Shown here one piece after another: positions 1 through 10,770 of a DNA stretch of 32,615 nucleotides. This DNA comes from Craspedostauros australis. Taxonomy: Eukaryota. The notes under the pieces were generated by a model. That model did not search any database. It saw only the letters and a program-made list of their open reading frames with translations, and was not told the origin of the DNA. The DNA lies in contig JALAGF010006212.1 of assembly GCA_030167865.1 (NCBI GenBank), positions 1 to 32,615 on the forward strand. Direction: 5' to 3'. Position numbers and translations under genes: made by a program. How positions within the stretch are numbered: the stretch's first letter is position 1; the number at the start of each line of letters is the position of its first letter.

Positions 1-857
1 GCAATCCGCAGAATGCCCCAGGTGCGGCAGGCCGGAAGACAACACACACATCCTCATGTGTCCCAGCGCTGCGAGCCAGTCCATTTGGGCCAAAGCCATC
101 CTCAAAGTGCGGTCAATCGTGAGACCGCCCACCACCCCACCCGAAGTCGCCCAGCTAGTTTGCACGGCAATCAAGCGCATCACATCTGGAGGCATTCCTC
201 CCTCAGGCATAAGGACGTCGCCCACTCAGAACATCCAGGTGAGACAGGCCAACATCGGTTGGGTAGCTCTAATCTGGGGCGGCTGGTCCACCTCGTGGCG
301 AGACCAGGCCCCTCCAATGGCTCCTCACCGGAGACGACGTGCTCCCAAGCTGCTCCGAGACTGGCAAGTGAGCATCACAAACCTCATGTGGCATACCGTC
401 CTGCAACAGTGGCATGACCGCAACGAAACCAAGGCGGAGCAGACGTCGCAAGGCATGACGGCTCTCCTTCAACAACAGCTTCACCGCCTCCGTACAACAC
501 CCACCGACGCGATCCCAGCAGTGCTGCGACCGCTATGGTCCAACCCACCAGCAACAGCCCAAATCGCCGCCCTAGTCCCGTGGGTCCAAGCGATGCAACA
601 AGGACTCGGCCTCGCGGCACCGGACATCCCGACCGTACTCACCAACTGGATGAAAAACCAGCGACGTCGCCACCGAGCACCAGCCACTCGCCCCTCGAAC
701 CCAGCCTGATGCTGACCCGACCTCAGAGCAGACGCCTCCACACACCGACACCTAGTGTCAATCCGTTCCCGCTGCGTGCATACACGTTGAATCAACGAGG
801 CGGAATAAAAGCGCCCTCGGCGCATGACTTAACAGTTATAATCCGTGTGTTATATAT
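1..857 (+). mobile_element. 3' end of a non-LTR retrotransposon (Ambal-like diatom LINE, clade inferred); continues upstream of the window
   Basis: The frame from nt 2 reads QSAECPRCGRPEDNTHILMCP (CCHC finger), then QANIGWVALIWGGWSTSW and WQVSITNLMWHTVLQQWHDRN, the typical C-terminus of this ORF2 type. It is homologous to 31260-31700. Similarity with the second element stops at GTTATATAT (857). Confidence 0.8.
2..709 (+). CDS. C-terminal part of retrotransposon ORF2 (zinc finger plus Trp-rich C-terminal domain), 5'-partial
   Basis: Open frame from the window edge to TGA 707-709, with a CPRC-x7-H-x3-C motif and no internal stops. Confidence 0.75.
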   Translation, partial: QSAECPRCGRPEDNTHILMCPSAASQSIWAKAILKVRSIVRPPTTPPEVAQLVCTAIKRITSGGIPPSGIRTSPTQNIQVRQANIGWVALIWGGWSTSWRDQAPPMAPHRRRRAPKLLRDWQVSITNLMWHTVLQQWHDRNETKAEQTSQGMTALLQQQLHRLRTTPTDAIPAVLRPLWSNPPATAQIAALVPWVQAMQQGLGLAAPDIPTVLTNWMKNQRRRHRAPATRPSNPA

Positions 858-1075
858 GGTAAGTCCATTGGTATGGTGTGTCGATAATGATGAGGTTGCA
901 GTGCGAGCATGGCACGCAATGAGAAGAACGAAATTGGCAAAGAGATGCATAACACTTGTAGAGCAGAGCAGAGTAGAGTAGTTCTTCCACTCGAAACAAG
1001 AGACAGAGCACCATCCAATCCAAAATGCAAGAAGCAGAGCACCACTGCCATGATCTGCATTCATGCACCACTCAC

Positions 1076-2963
1076 AAATTACTGTAAGATTTCCCAATTC
1101 CGCAGGAAGCTGGCCCTTCAGGGCATTATCGGGCACATTCAGAGCCGTCAAGGATGTCATCTTGCCCAGCTCCGATGGAATACTGCCCGTGAGCTTTGCA
1201 TTTCTGGCCAGAATCGACACGAGCCTGCCACAGTTTCCGAGCTCCGATGGGATGGTGCCGCTGAGACCAGCAGAGCCAACCCGCAGCTCGGTCAGTTGCG
1301 TCAGCAGACCGATCGTCGTTGGCAGGCCGCTGGAACGTTTCTCTTGCGTTGCAGCAGCGTTGCCGCCAAGAGAGTTCTTGGCCAAATTCAAGGTGACGAG
1401 GGTGTCGAGGAGACCGAGCTCAGGTGGAATGGTACCCGTCAAGTTGTTCTCGCGCAGTCGGAGACTCTCCACGAGTTCGTCGCCGTTGCAGGTGGGGCCG
1501 TCCCACCTGCACATGTCTTCGGTGATGAGCCAATTCGTGGTATCCAGCCATGTCGTGTCGCCATTTGTGCTGTAGTAGATTGATGCCAGCGCGTATTGCT
1601 GTTTCAAGCGCGCCGCGGCCGTGGTATTGTCCGCATCTTCACCAAGAACCTCCGTCGCAGAATCTATTCTGAATTCCATCATCCAGTCGAACGCTCTGTA
1701 CTGCGGTGACGCAGTGTCATTGAGGGCTCCCGGATTGATGGTTGTCGTCTCCGCTTTCAACCACTCTAAGAACTCCGAACGGACTACCGCAGAATCTTTC
1801 GGTGGTTCTTCTGTGCCAACAACTCTTTTGCTGCCGCTGCTGCCGCCAGACCCGCCCGTGGATAACAGAGAAACCGCAATCACAATGACGGCAATGATGG
1901 TCACGCACGTTGCAGTGATCAGCATGAAGAGGCGTCGCTTCTTGTCCATCGATTGCTCATCATCCATATCGTCGACGTCGCGCTTCGTTCGTGCGGTGTG
2001 GCTGTTGGTTGCGGAACCCGCTTCCGCAGATGCAGATTCCCGCATGGGGGTCACCTGCGTGGCATGCACCGCGTTTCCGATGAGAGTCTGACGGATCTGT
2101 TCTTCCAGATCCTCCGTGGCGACCGCGTTGGCGATCGTCAGCTGTGCACCGCTGACCCCTGGCGCCACGGTTTCGGTGAGGTCAGACATGCGAGTTGATC
2201 GCCTGCCCATCCGGAAAGCTTCGGGCGAGGATACCTCGTTGCTTCCGATTTTATGCGACTCCGTCCAATTCACAGTGTCTGCGTTCGGAGGAGCATCGAA
2301 CAGGTTGTCATCGTCTTCGCTCGCCTTTTGCTTGGCGTCGCCAGGTGCGACTGGGTTGCCTTCGTTTTCCTCGTCTTCGGTGGAGGTGTCCGTGTGAGAG
2401 TACAAGGCGATCTTGGCATTGACTCCATCCGCATTGTCCTCGAGCATGGGCGGGATGCCAACACTAGAATCACCAGACGAGCCAGGTGAGGAGCCCTTTG
2501 CCCTTGCTTGATCGGGAGACCCCTGCTTCGTGCGGCTTTGTGAGTTCAAGGGAGAGTTGGACACCTTGGTTGCTCCCACGGCGGCTCTACGTCTGGGACT
2601 GTCATTTCTGGTCTTCCTTTTTGCACCAGATCCGCCAGCACGATTCTGCCGCTCCACCTTGGCCCGGTGCCGCCGATCGTACGACCGAGTGTCGGCAACA
2701 ACGGGCGATTTGTCCGTGTTCGACGATGCTGCAGCCTGATCCGTCGTGAGGTCCAAGATCTGCTGCGATCGGTGGCGTACCAACGGGTCGGTCTGCTGTC
2801 GTTGCAGCTCTGATTGAGCCGCTATCTCGTCATCGTCGCTGCTGCTGGAGTTGCGCGCGTCTTCGGTGGGCGCTTCGTCGCCATCCAGGATGATCAACGA
2901 GTCGCTGTCCATCCTAAGGAGCGAGGAAGGACGGTCGCGTTCTGCGGAACGGTGCGAAGCCAT
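1076..2963 (-). CDS. Type II membrane leucine-rich-repeat protein, exon 1 (3' exon(s) not found in the window)
   Basis: Acidic disordered N-terminus, one TM helix (LFMLITATCVTIIAVIVIAVSLL), a cap (PQYRAFDW...QQYALASIYYSTNG..W...NWL...CRWDGPTC), then ~5 plant-type LRRs (LRENNLTGTIPPELG). The LRR pattern ends at a GTGAGT donor (1075-1070). The ORF-track tail to 792 is intron read-through. Confidence 0.8.
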
Positions 2964-3080
2964 GGTGATGGATTGTGTCTGCTATTGTGACTTTCGTTGG
3001 TGATGCTGCTGAGAATGGTATCAGAACTATGCCGGTTGGTTGGTTGGCCGATGCTGAACCGTTGTGTACTCTGCAAGTAT

Positions 3081-3125
3081 GCAATGTAATGTAATGAAGT
3101 GTAGTGTAGTGTAGTGTAGTGTAAT
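3081..3125. repeat. Pentanucleotide microsatellite (GTAAT/GTAGT)n
   Basis: About nine degenerate 5-nt units, ~120 nt upstream of the LRR ATG. Confidence 0.85.
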
Positions 3126-4659
3126 CGTATGGTTGCCATCCACAGACCGGTTATCTCTCACTTGTCCTCTGCGTATCGTACGACTATGGCAATCGTCTTG
3201 GTTCATGAACCAGTATGAGGATGAAGATGCTGACACACAAGCCTGACCCTTTCGGCGCCGACTGTTTGTTCTTCGCCTTGGAGGTGTGGCGAGTTCTCGC
3301 GGTGTAGTACCAATGCTCTTTGTGTTACTCGTGGCGAACGACGATGGCCTGGGAGCGCTTTGGAGGAACGGACCAAAAGGGAGTGGTGTTTTGTCACCTT
3401 TTTGGGTTTTCAACGATCATCGAAGAAGATTTATGGATACCGTGCGGCAAGAAGGCACATGCAAAGCGCTCGGCAAGTCCCGTTGACAAACAAAATGATG
3501 ACGAACGAAATCTCGCTGGATGAAAGATTGCCCGAGAAGGATAGGACGCCTAAATGTGAGTCCACAGCACAGTCACGATGAGGCTTTCTGCAACGGCGAT
3601 GGAAGCTCCGCGGTTGAGCAATTAGTCCTTCCTGCAGCCAGAACACAACGCGTTGCGCTCATACCTTGCTGGCGCATCTTGGTCCAACGGTTTGGTTGCG
3701 TGTCAGGTTAGCTTCCGACAACCTCCTTCCATTTTGGTAGGAATACTAGTTTTGAAGTTAGGAGGAGGAGAAGCTCGGTTCCATTTCCTCGCTTGCGACG
3801 TGTCAAGGAACAAACTTTGAGAGAGGAGGTGTGACAACCCATGGAAGCCCTCTATTGACTCGCTTCGGCATGAATACGGCTTGCTATCCTGGCATACCAG
3901 CACGCAATTTGGAAACTGGAGGGCCACCTTCTGGTCATGATCTTGCTACGATGTGTTTGAGATGTTAGAGCAAGGCGCGAGTGCAGTGGTGGCCATACCG
4001 TAGTTGAACAGATAGATTTCTGCTTTGGCGGTTTTGCGCTGTTCCGATTTCGGCAAAGCGGAAGAATCCTCCCGTGATGAGAATTCCATGGGTACATAGT
4101 ACTACTTTGGAGTATAGAGGCTGCTGATCATGTCTTCTGCAGAGGAGAACCCGTCATGGATTGGGCAGAAGCATTGGTCAGGTGCGGAAAGTGTGAGAGG
4201 CGAACTCAACCACGGACAAGGTACGACTATGAATCACAAGCATGATCCCTGTGTCAAGTGATGTTGATAGCAATCTCGCCCATGCACAAGCCAAATAATC
4301 GTCTGTCATGCATACATTCCTGCATGCATCCCGGCAACGGACAATCACAATCACAACAAGAATGGCAAGCCACCATCACCAACGGATGGGACGTGTCCGC
4401 CGTCATTGATCACGTTCTTACTTCACTATACCGCATTTCCAACAACTCTTTCTTTCTCTTCTCTCGACGAACTCAAAAAACTTGGAGCTTTTCTGCTACG
4501 CACTATTGGTATCCATTCATCTCTGCTTCAGGATCCGAAGATTCTCAGTCTATTCCCTATCGCTCTCCATTCAATGCGATGCAACGCAAACACGATTGGA
4601 AGATTCCATTGCTCCACCGTCTCGAATCTCCACTCATCCCAACCACGACATTCATTCAT

Positions 4660-5724
4660 TCATTCCAACCGGTACTCTCCCCGCAGCGTCTTGGCCTTCA
4701 GCTCCGCATCCAACTTCCAGGCGTTGCTTTCGACGCCGTTCCATCGGTACACCTGATGCTCCAACCACCGAAAGAACCCGGTGCGATCCAACGTGCGATT
4801 GCAAATACCCGAGATGATGCAGTAGTTGCCATCGTACGGCGCGATGTGATGCTGCGCATGTGGTGCGCGCGCGATGGTCCAACCCCATTTCTGCAACGTA
4901 TTGACCCATTTGGGAACCTGATTCAGCGTCATGTGCGACCATTTGTGAAATTCCTGCGACAGAATCTCAAAGACGCAGAACGTGGTGAAGAAGAAGGTCG
5001 TGGCGGGTCCCGTGATGGCGGCGATGAGCGCCATCGTGATGGGACCGAACGGCGTGCAGAGCTTGTAGACGTTGTTGCAGAACCCGCGTTCCGTGATGGT
5101 CCATGGCGCGCTGTGGTGTCCCTGGAAGGCCGCGATGATGTTGCCCATGATGGGCGTGCGGCCGTTGCCGTAGTTGTCGACGCTCCAGTGCAGGACGCCG
5201 GAGCCGAAGTCGGCCAGGATCCAGCTGCTCAGCGTGAGGAAGATGGATTGCAGGATGGTAGCGACGAGGTTGCCGCCGTTGAGGTTCAGCATGCCCTGGA
5301 AGGCCGTGGCGGCGAAGGTGGCGTGTGCGAGGAATGTGCCCGTCACGATGGCGACCTGGTATGGCTTGGTCTCCAAATCGTCGCCCTCGACGACGACCTG
5401 CGCGACCTTGCCTTTGGGTCGGTCCAAGCCGGAGCCCTCCAATCCGAAGACGAAGCCGTCATCGAGGTAGGACTTGGCTGGTGCTGCCGATTCGGCGCTG
5501 CTGCTTGCACTGAGCTGGGCATTGCTGCCCTCCTCTTCCTTCGATTGAGCCGCCGTGGCTTCAGGAGGTGACAGAGTGGACGAGAAGAGAGCAGTTCTCT
5601 GCGCTGCTGGTGCAACTCGCGATGCTCTTGAGTGAATTGGAGTTTGGAATGCTTCGACGCTCTGCTCGAATCTGCTTGCCGCGATGGCAACGACGGCGAC
5701 TACTGCTTGGGACGAAACTCTCAT
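4660..5724 (-). CDS. FAD4: Plastid-targeted FAD4-like lipid desaturase (TMEM189/CarF family)
   Basis: Signal peptide and VEA|FQTP (ASAFAP-type) transit peptide; ADFGSGVLHWSVDNYG, AFQGHH, SQEFHKWSH and HAQHH His motifs; YCIISGICN. 354 aa, single exon. Confidence 0.85.
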   Translation of the reverse strand: MRVSSQAVVAVVAIAASRFEQSVEAFQTPIHSRASRVAPAAQRTALFSSTLSPPEATAAQSKEEEGSNAQLSASSSAESAAPAKSYLDDGFVFGLEGSGLDRPKGKVAQVVVEGDDLETKPYQVAIVTGTFLAHATFAATAFQGMLNLNGGNLVATILQSIFLTLSSWILADFGSGVLHWSVDNYGNGRTPIMGNIIAAFQGHHSAPWTITERGFCNNVYKLCTPFGPITMALIAAITGPATTFFFTTFCVFEILSQEFHKWSHMTLNQVPKWVNTLQKWGWTIARAPHAQHHIAPYDGNYCIISGICNRTLDRTGFFRWLEHQVYRWNGVESNAWKLDAELKAKTLRGEYRLE

Positions 5725-5757
5725 CGTGCTTATTGTTCTATAATCCTACTCTGTAAT

Positions 5758-5782
5758 TGATATGATATGATATGATATGATA
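5758..5782. repeat. (TGATA)5 microsatellite
   Basis: Five perfect units ~35 nt upstream of the FAD4 ATG. Confidence 0.9.
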
Positions 5783-6143
5783 CGCTGTGGTAGCATGTAC
5801 TCGTATTCTGCTGCAGTGATTCAGATTCTGCGTCCTCTCAATGCGGAGTTGTGTGTCGATTTGTTCTGCGTTGCTCACCTCACCTCATCCATTGTTGTTG
5901 TTGTTGTCGTTGTCGTTGTTCATGCTGCTGTCGTTACCGTCGTTGTTGTTACTGGTGGTGGTCGAGGTGGCGATGACGGTGTTGTTCCTTGAAGAAAGGC
6001 AACAACAGCATCACACCTCCTCTCTCTCCTCTGCTTGTTCTTCGCCTCATGGTTGGTGCCGCGTTTTGTGACGACGCACACAAAGAAGTGAGTGCGTATG
6101 GCGATTCAACCTCCCTGCGTGGGTATTGTCTGAGTCAGTCAAA

Positions 6144-6275
6144 GCCAATCATGCTCCACCAATCGTGGTTGGTTGGATGGAATGACATGATTGTGACGTC
6201 ATGTAGTCAATATTGGACCACTCCGATTAAAGAAACTGCTCACGCTCGCGATGACCGTTACGGTGGGAAAATTGG
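6144..6275. promoter_or_regulatory. Candidate regulatory cluster in the divergent FAD4/INPP4 intergenic region
   Basis: Palindromic TGACGTCA at 6194-6201, with two CCAAT upstream and two ATTGG downstream. These are short motifs and their function is only inferred. Confidence 0.3.
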
Positions 6276-6787
6276 CATTTTTGAGAGAGAGCGGAACTGA
6301 TCGCCCACCACCGCGAAAGCACGAGGCGGCGTGACAACAATGACGAGCCCCAACCCATCACAACATTTGGTTCTGCACAACTGGACAACTGGACAACTGG
6401 ACAAGTGCTATTCCGGAGGTGTCGCAACCCATCTCGTCTCTCGACATCAGGTCATCGACCCTGCGGTCACGAGCAGCATACTAATACCATAGGTCGTATT
6501 CTATAATACGTTGTTCCACCATACGACTACATACGTACTCCTCTGCAAGCTGCTGCCCATCTGAAGAGAGAGAAGAGCACAAGCGCATCCATCGATCTCG
6601 GCGGTTGAGGAAGCTCCAGAATAGTAGCACTCGCAGCAGGTCCTCCACACTCCAACACTCCTCGATCTTTGCACAAAGCCAGGTTGAAGTTCCGCTCACT
6701 TCTGCAACCAAGAGATAGAAGGAGCAAGCCGACACCTCCATCCACCACAGACAACGGCAGCAGGCAACGGCAGCAGGCAAACGCAAG

Positions 6788-9700
6788 ATGGTGGGCTTCC
6801 CCGGCCGCAAGAACTCTGGCCTGTCCACCAACAGCGTGGATGCGGCCGCCGCGACGACGTCGCCATCGCATGGCACGCCTCCCACATCGCTGGGCGTTCC
6901 GGCCGTCGGAATGACGGAAGGCGGCATCCAGACGACATCGGCAGGGTCGCTCAAGTCCTACAACCTCATGTCCAGCCTGGAACGTCAGTACGCGGCGCCC
7001 GTGGGACAGCGCGTCTTCCTCTTCATCGCGGCAAGCCCCGAATGCAGCCTGGAGGGCGGCGTCGAGACCATCCTCAAGTACAAGGCCAAGTCCGCCAGCG
7101 GTCCCAAGCTGTCCGACGGCTCCGTCTCCACATCGCAGCCCTTCGAGGAGCAGCCCGGCGGCGATGACTTTGATGCGTTCGCCTTTCTCAACAACGGCGA
7201 TCAACCGCCGGCGCCCAATGCCGCGCAAATGAACGGCGGTCGCAAGAAGGGCATCGGCGGCTTCTTCCGACAGGTCGCGGCGTCGACGACGGCCACGCTG
7301 GAGCGCCAGATGCAAGGATTGGCGGTGCGCATGGACAAGGGCCGCAATCCGGATGTGCTGCGCGTGGCCATGTACGACGTGCATTCGGGCGAGTTGCTCT
7401 GCGTTTCCGAACCGGAACCCGTGCCGCCGGTCGAAGAAACGTGCCCCGTCAAGTTCGCCGTGCCTCTCGTTGTCGATGGCAAACGTCGTCAGCAGTCATT
7501 CGTGCTCAAGCTGTGGATGCAATCGGGAGCCTCCGTGCTGCAGGCCACGAAGGGATTGGCGCGCAACTACCTCATGGGGCAGGCCACCGTCGATTGCGCC
7601 AAGCTCCTGCCGTTGGCCGGCAGCATCGTGTCCATCCCGCTGTCGAGCCATCTCGTCGTGGGTGGATCGCTGCAGGTCTGCCCGCTGGCCGATGTCAAGT
7701 TCCCCATGCTGTGCACGCGCGGCTGGTCCCTGACGGATCCCGACATGTCGGCCTACTCCTCGCAGCTGGCTTACCTGCCGCTGGATCAGTCCTACCAGAT
7801 CAATCCCTACTCGCCAGAGAACAAGGTCAAGGCGCATGCCAAGTGGCTGCTGGCCACGGAACGCGCGACGGAGACTGCCATCGTCCTGCCCCTCGCAGCG
7901 GCCATCACGGAGGCGGCCACTCGGGCGTGTCACGCGTCCCTCATGCATGCGCAGACCGTCGGTCAGGTTCTGCGTTTGAATCGTCACGACGTCAAGGATC
8001 CCAGCAAGGCGGTGTGCCAGTTCCAGGTCTCGGCCGTGCAGACGGGACCCGCCCCGCCCACCGTGCCACCCGTTGCGGGTTGCATCGTGACCATCGCGTG
8101 GCGACGTCCCGATTCCATCTTTGAGATCGAGCTCGTGGGCAACGATCACACCGTGCCCCTGCTGGTCGACGCACCGCAGGTGCAAACGGACCCCGTCATC
8201 CGGCGCGAATTTTATCCCAAAATGTGCACGACCAACATCCTGCCGTCCATCCTCGATACGTTGGGTGGTCAGCTGCCACCCAGCGGATACCTCCTGGGCG
8301 GTCTCTACATCGGCGTGCAGGTCGTGCGTCGGCGTGGTGGCATCAATTCCGCGGAGCCCATGACGGAGATGTGGGAGACGCAGATCAACCTCGAGACCTT
8401 CGTCAATCATGCCGGCTCGCCGATGCAGGTGCCGCTGTACAAGGAGGGGCAGGTCGCCGGCCACATCCTCATGTCGGTGCAGGTCGCCATGCCGACGCCG
8501 CAGCAGAAGGCCAGCGAGAAGCAGATTCGACCCGCCAAGGAAGGTCTCGTCTCGTTCGTCGGTCTGGACAAGTGGCCCGATGGCGTTGCGCCATTGATGG
8601 ATGACGGTCTGCACGAGAACGAGAACGCCGTGCCCGGTGATCCGTTGCGCAAGCAACAGCTCAGCACGATGGGGCTTTTCTGCACCGTGCCGTACATGGA
8701 TCAGCATCTGCCCATGCGACAGTCGGATTGGGAAGGCTTGCAGGACCGCGCTCTGGCCTACAAGCAGGCCCTGATCCAGCCGCAGCAGGGCATCCGCCCG
8801 CACCAAACGCGCACGCCCAAGTGCTTTCGTCCCAGTTCCAGTCGTCCCACCGTGCTGCTGAGCGGATTGCCGTTCAATGCGCACAACGCCATCCTCAATG
8901 TCATGGACGTGTCGGTGGGATCGCCGCCGCTGTCGTCCGACAACCAGGAACTGCCCGGAGCGCTGTTCCATAACATCACGTGCGGCGCACCGGCAGATCA
9001 CGCACGCGGTTTCGGTAACATCCTGGAGGACCTCACAAAGGCCACAGCGGCGCGTGGTGGATTGCGCCGTCTCGAATCGCAGCGAGCGCAGTGCTACCAC
9101 GAGCTGCAGCAGGCGCAGACCATGCTCATCAACGGAGTTGGCACCTTCCTCGCATCCGTGCGTCCCATCAACCACGTGCCATCGCGGCATGCCGAATTGC
9201 AAGGCCTGCGTCTCAAGGTCTTTGAATGCGTGCAGAATCTGCATCACATCACTTGGCACTGCGCAGTGAGAAGGGCCAACGTCTTCTCGCAGTCGCTGGG
9301 ATTGGCCATCACGAGCTACATGGCCTGCATCAGCGACGTGAGCCGCATCTCCACGACGTGGCCCGAATTGTGGAAGCGCCATGGTTTCCTCGTCAGCTTT
9401 GAGGGTTTGCTGAGCGCCGTCGGCAAGGAGCTCGGCATGATCGAGGATGCCAGCGTCGCCATCGCCATGCTGCGCATGGTGCGCGTGACCTTCGTCAGCG
9501 GCGCAGCACCGCAAGGTGCCGTGGCCGTGCCGTCGTCACCGTACCTCAAATGGCTCTGCATCACGGGCACCGGGGTGGGATCGGCACGTCAGTTTCTCGT
9601 CCAGATCGGTGTCGACGATCAGTACTACCAGCAGCGCATTCCGGCGCCTTTGCAGAACGGAGCCACCGTCCAGATGTTCCCGATCTTGTGGGAGGTCGGC

Positions 9701-10435
9701 GTAGACATTCGACAATGGGGTGCGCACAACGCCAAGAACGTGCAGCAGCAGATGAATCGAGGTGGCGACGACGCGGGCGATCAGCTGACCGCGGAACAGC
9801 AGTCCGCTGCTGCGGAGGCTGGCGGCAGCATCCTGGATGATGACGATGACGACGACGCCGATGACATCCCCGACGACGATGTGCTCGTCGCGCTGAACTA
9901 TGAGGCGCTGCGCAAGATCAACGTGTACACGTACGCCGTCAACCCGCAGAATGTGCCGCCCGAGAAGATCCAGGCTGCGATGCAGCAGGTGTTCGCTCCC
10001 AACGCCAACAACAGCAGCGATGCCGGACAGCAGGACCTCCTACAGGTGCACCCGTCGCTGTCGCTGCTGCATTCCCACATCATCTCGTCGGCAGGCAAGA
10101 TGAACCACAGCATCCTCGACGAGGCCGCCACGATCGCCCAACAGCTGGGCGGCGGTGGGCTCGTGTTCTGCAAATCCGGCAAGGACCGCACGGCCATGCA
10201 CCTGACGTACAAGCAGGCACAATTCGTGGCGCGGTACCAGGATGAGCACGATTCCACGGGCATCATGAAGGACGCCACCATGATGCGGGTGCACGGCACT
10301 CGGTTACCCGTGTGCGAAAAGAATGTGGGAGAGTCGAAGTACGCCTTCAATTCCTTGCAGGTCAAGTTCATGCCCGAGGCGTTGCGGCCGCCCCTCCCGA
10401 CGTTGGCTGGGTTCAAGTTTAGCATTGAAAGTTGA
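6788..10435 (+). CDS. Inositol polyphosphate 4-phosphatase-like protein (CX5R phosphatase)
   Basis: 1215 aa with strong GC3 bias. It carries the C-terminal FCKSGKDRTAM catalytic motif, GFLVSFEGLLSAVGKELGMIED and KNVGESKYAFNSLQ blocks typical of the INPP4 family, and C2-like beta-rich segments N-terminally. Confidence 0.85.
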   Translation: MVGFPGRKNSGLSTNSVDAAAATTSPSHGTPPTSLGVPAVGMTEGGIQTTSAGSLKSYNLMSSLERQYAAPVGQRVFLFIAASPECSLEGGVETILKYKAKSASGPKLSDGSVSTSQPFEEQPGGDDFDAFAFLNNGDQPPAPNAAQMNGGRKKGIGGFFRQVAASTTATLERQMQGLAVRMDKGRNPDVLRVAMYDVHSGELLCVSEPEPVPPVEETCPVKFAVPLVVDGKRRQQSFVLKLWMQSGASVLQATKGLARNYLMGQATVDCAKLLPLAGSIVSIPLSSHLVVGGSLQVCPLADVKFPMLCTRGWSLTDPDMSAYSSQLAYLPLDQSYQINPYSPENKVKAHAKWLLATERATETAIVLPLAAAITEAATRACHASLMHAQTVGQVLRLNRHDVKDPSKAVCQFQVSAVQTGPAPPTVPPVAGCIVTIAWRRPDSIFEIELVGNDHTVPLLVDAPQVQTDPVIRREFYPKMCTTNILPSILDTLGGQLPPSGYLLGGLYIGVQVVRRRGGINSAEPMTEMWETQINLETFVNHAGSPMQVPLYKEGQVAGHILMSVQVAMPTPQQKASEKQIRPAKEGLVSFVGLDKWPDGVAPLMDDGLHENENAVPGDPLRKQQLSTMGLFCTVPYMDQHLPMRQSDWEGLQDRALAYKQALIQPQQGIRPHQTRTPKCFRPSSSRPTVLLSGLPFNAHNAILNVMDVSVGSPPLSSDNQELPGALFHNITCGAPADHARGFGNILEDLTKATAARGGLRRLESQRAQCYHELQQAQTMLINGVGTFLASVRPINHVPSRHAELQGLRLKVFECVQNLHHITWHCAVRRANVFSQSLGLAITSYMACISDVSRISTTWPELWKRHGFLVSFEGLLSAVGKELGMIEDASVAIAMLRMVRVTFVSGAAPQGAVAVPSSPYLKWLCITGTGVGSARQFLVQIGVDDQYYQQRIPAPLQNGATVQMFPILWEVGVDIRQWGAHNAKNVQQQMNRGGDDAGDQLTAEQQSAAAEAGGSILDDDDDDDADDIPDDDVLVALNYEALRKINVYTYAVNPQNVPPEKIQAAMQQVFAPNANNSSDAGQQDLLQVHPSLSLLHSHIISSAGKMNHSILDEAATIAQQLGGGGLVFCKSGKDRTAMHLTYKQAQFVARYQDEHDSTGIMKDATMMRVHGTRLPVCEKNVGESKYAFNSLQVKFMPEALRPPLPTLAGFKFSIES

Positions 10436-10770
10436 GTTAAAGTCAGATTTCTACTATACTTCTGCTATAGTTTGAATGAATGCATTATATATATGAATAT
10501 GCGGGTGTGAGGTTGTGCGACGAAGACATCTATGTTTATGCAGTTACTGATTGTGGAGGGCGCGTTGCTGCGATTGTCAGAATCTGCAGCCAAAGCACGC
10601 TTGCGTCTGTCCACCGATACATGAAATATAGACACGATGCTGTGTACGGTGCACAACATAGTACTGCAATGCATCATGCCAAAGAGTACTCGACAGCAGA
10701 TAAGCGTGAAGTGAAATGAAGCCAAGTAGAGCAGAGCATATGCTCAACACACTCTTCCACCCCGTGGCTC

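Noticed and set aside
828..864. ...GTTATATATG|GTAAGT resembling a spliced-leader exon and donor (a CRE-type target)
   Set aside because: The second element is not followed by a donor, no Sm site is evident, and SL trans-splicing is not established in diatoms.
792..1075. C-terminal 94 aa of the 723-aa LRR ORF
   Set aside because: It follows a consensus donor, loses LRR periodicity and runs into the retroelement's 3' UTR.
4258..5571. 437-aa ORF antisense to FAD4
   Set aside because: Shadow of the real minus-strand gene, with no domain features.
7496..9514. 672-aa ORF antisense to the INPP4-like gene
   Set aside because: It is the codon-register mirror of a GC3-rich gene and has no motifs, so it is a shadow ORF.
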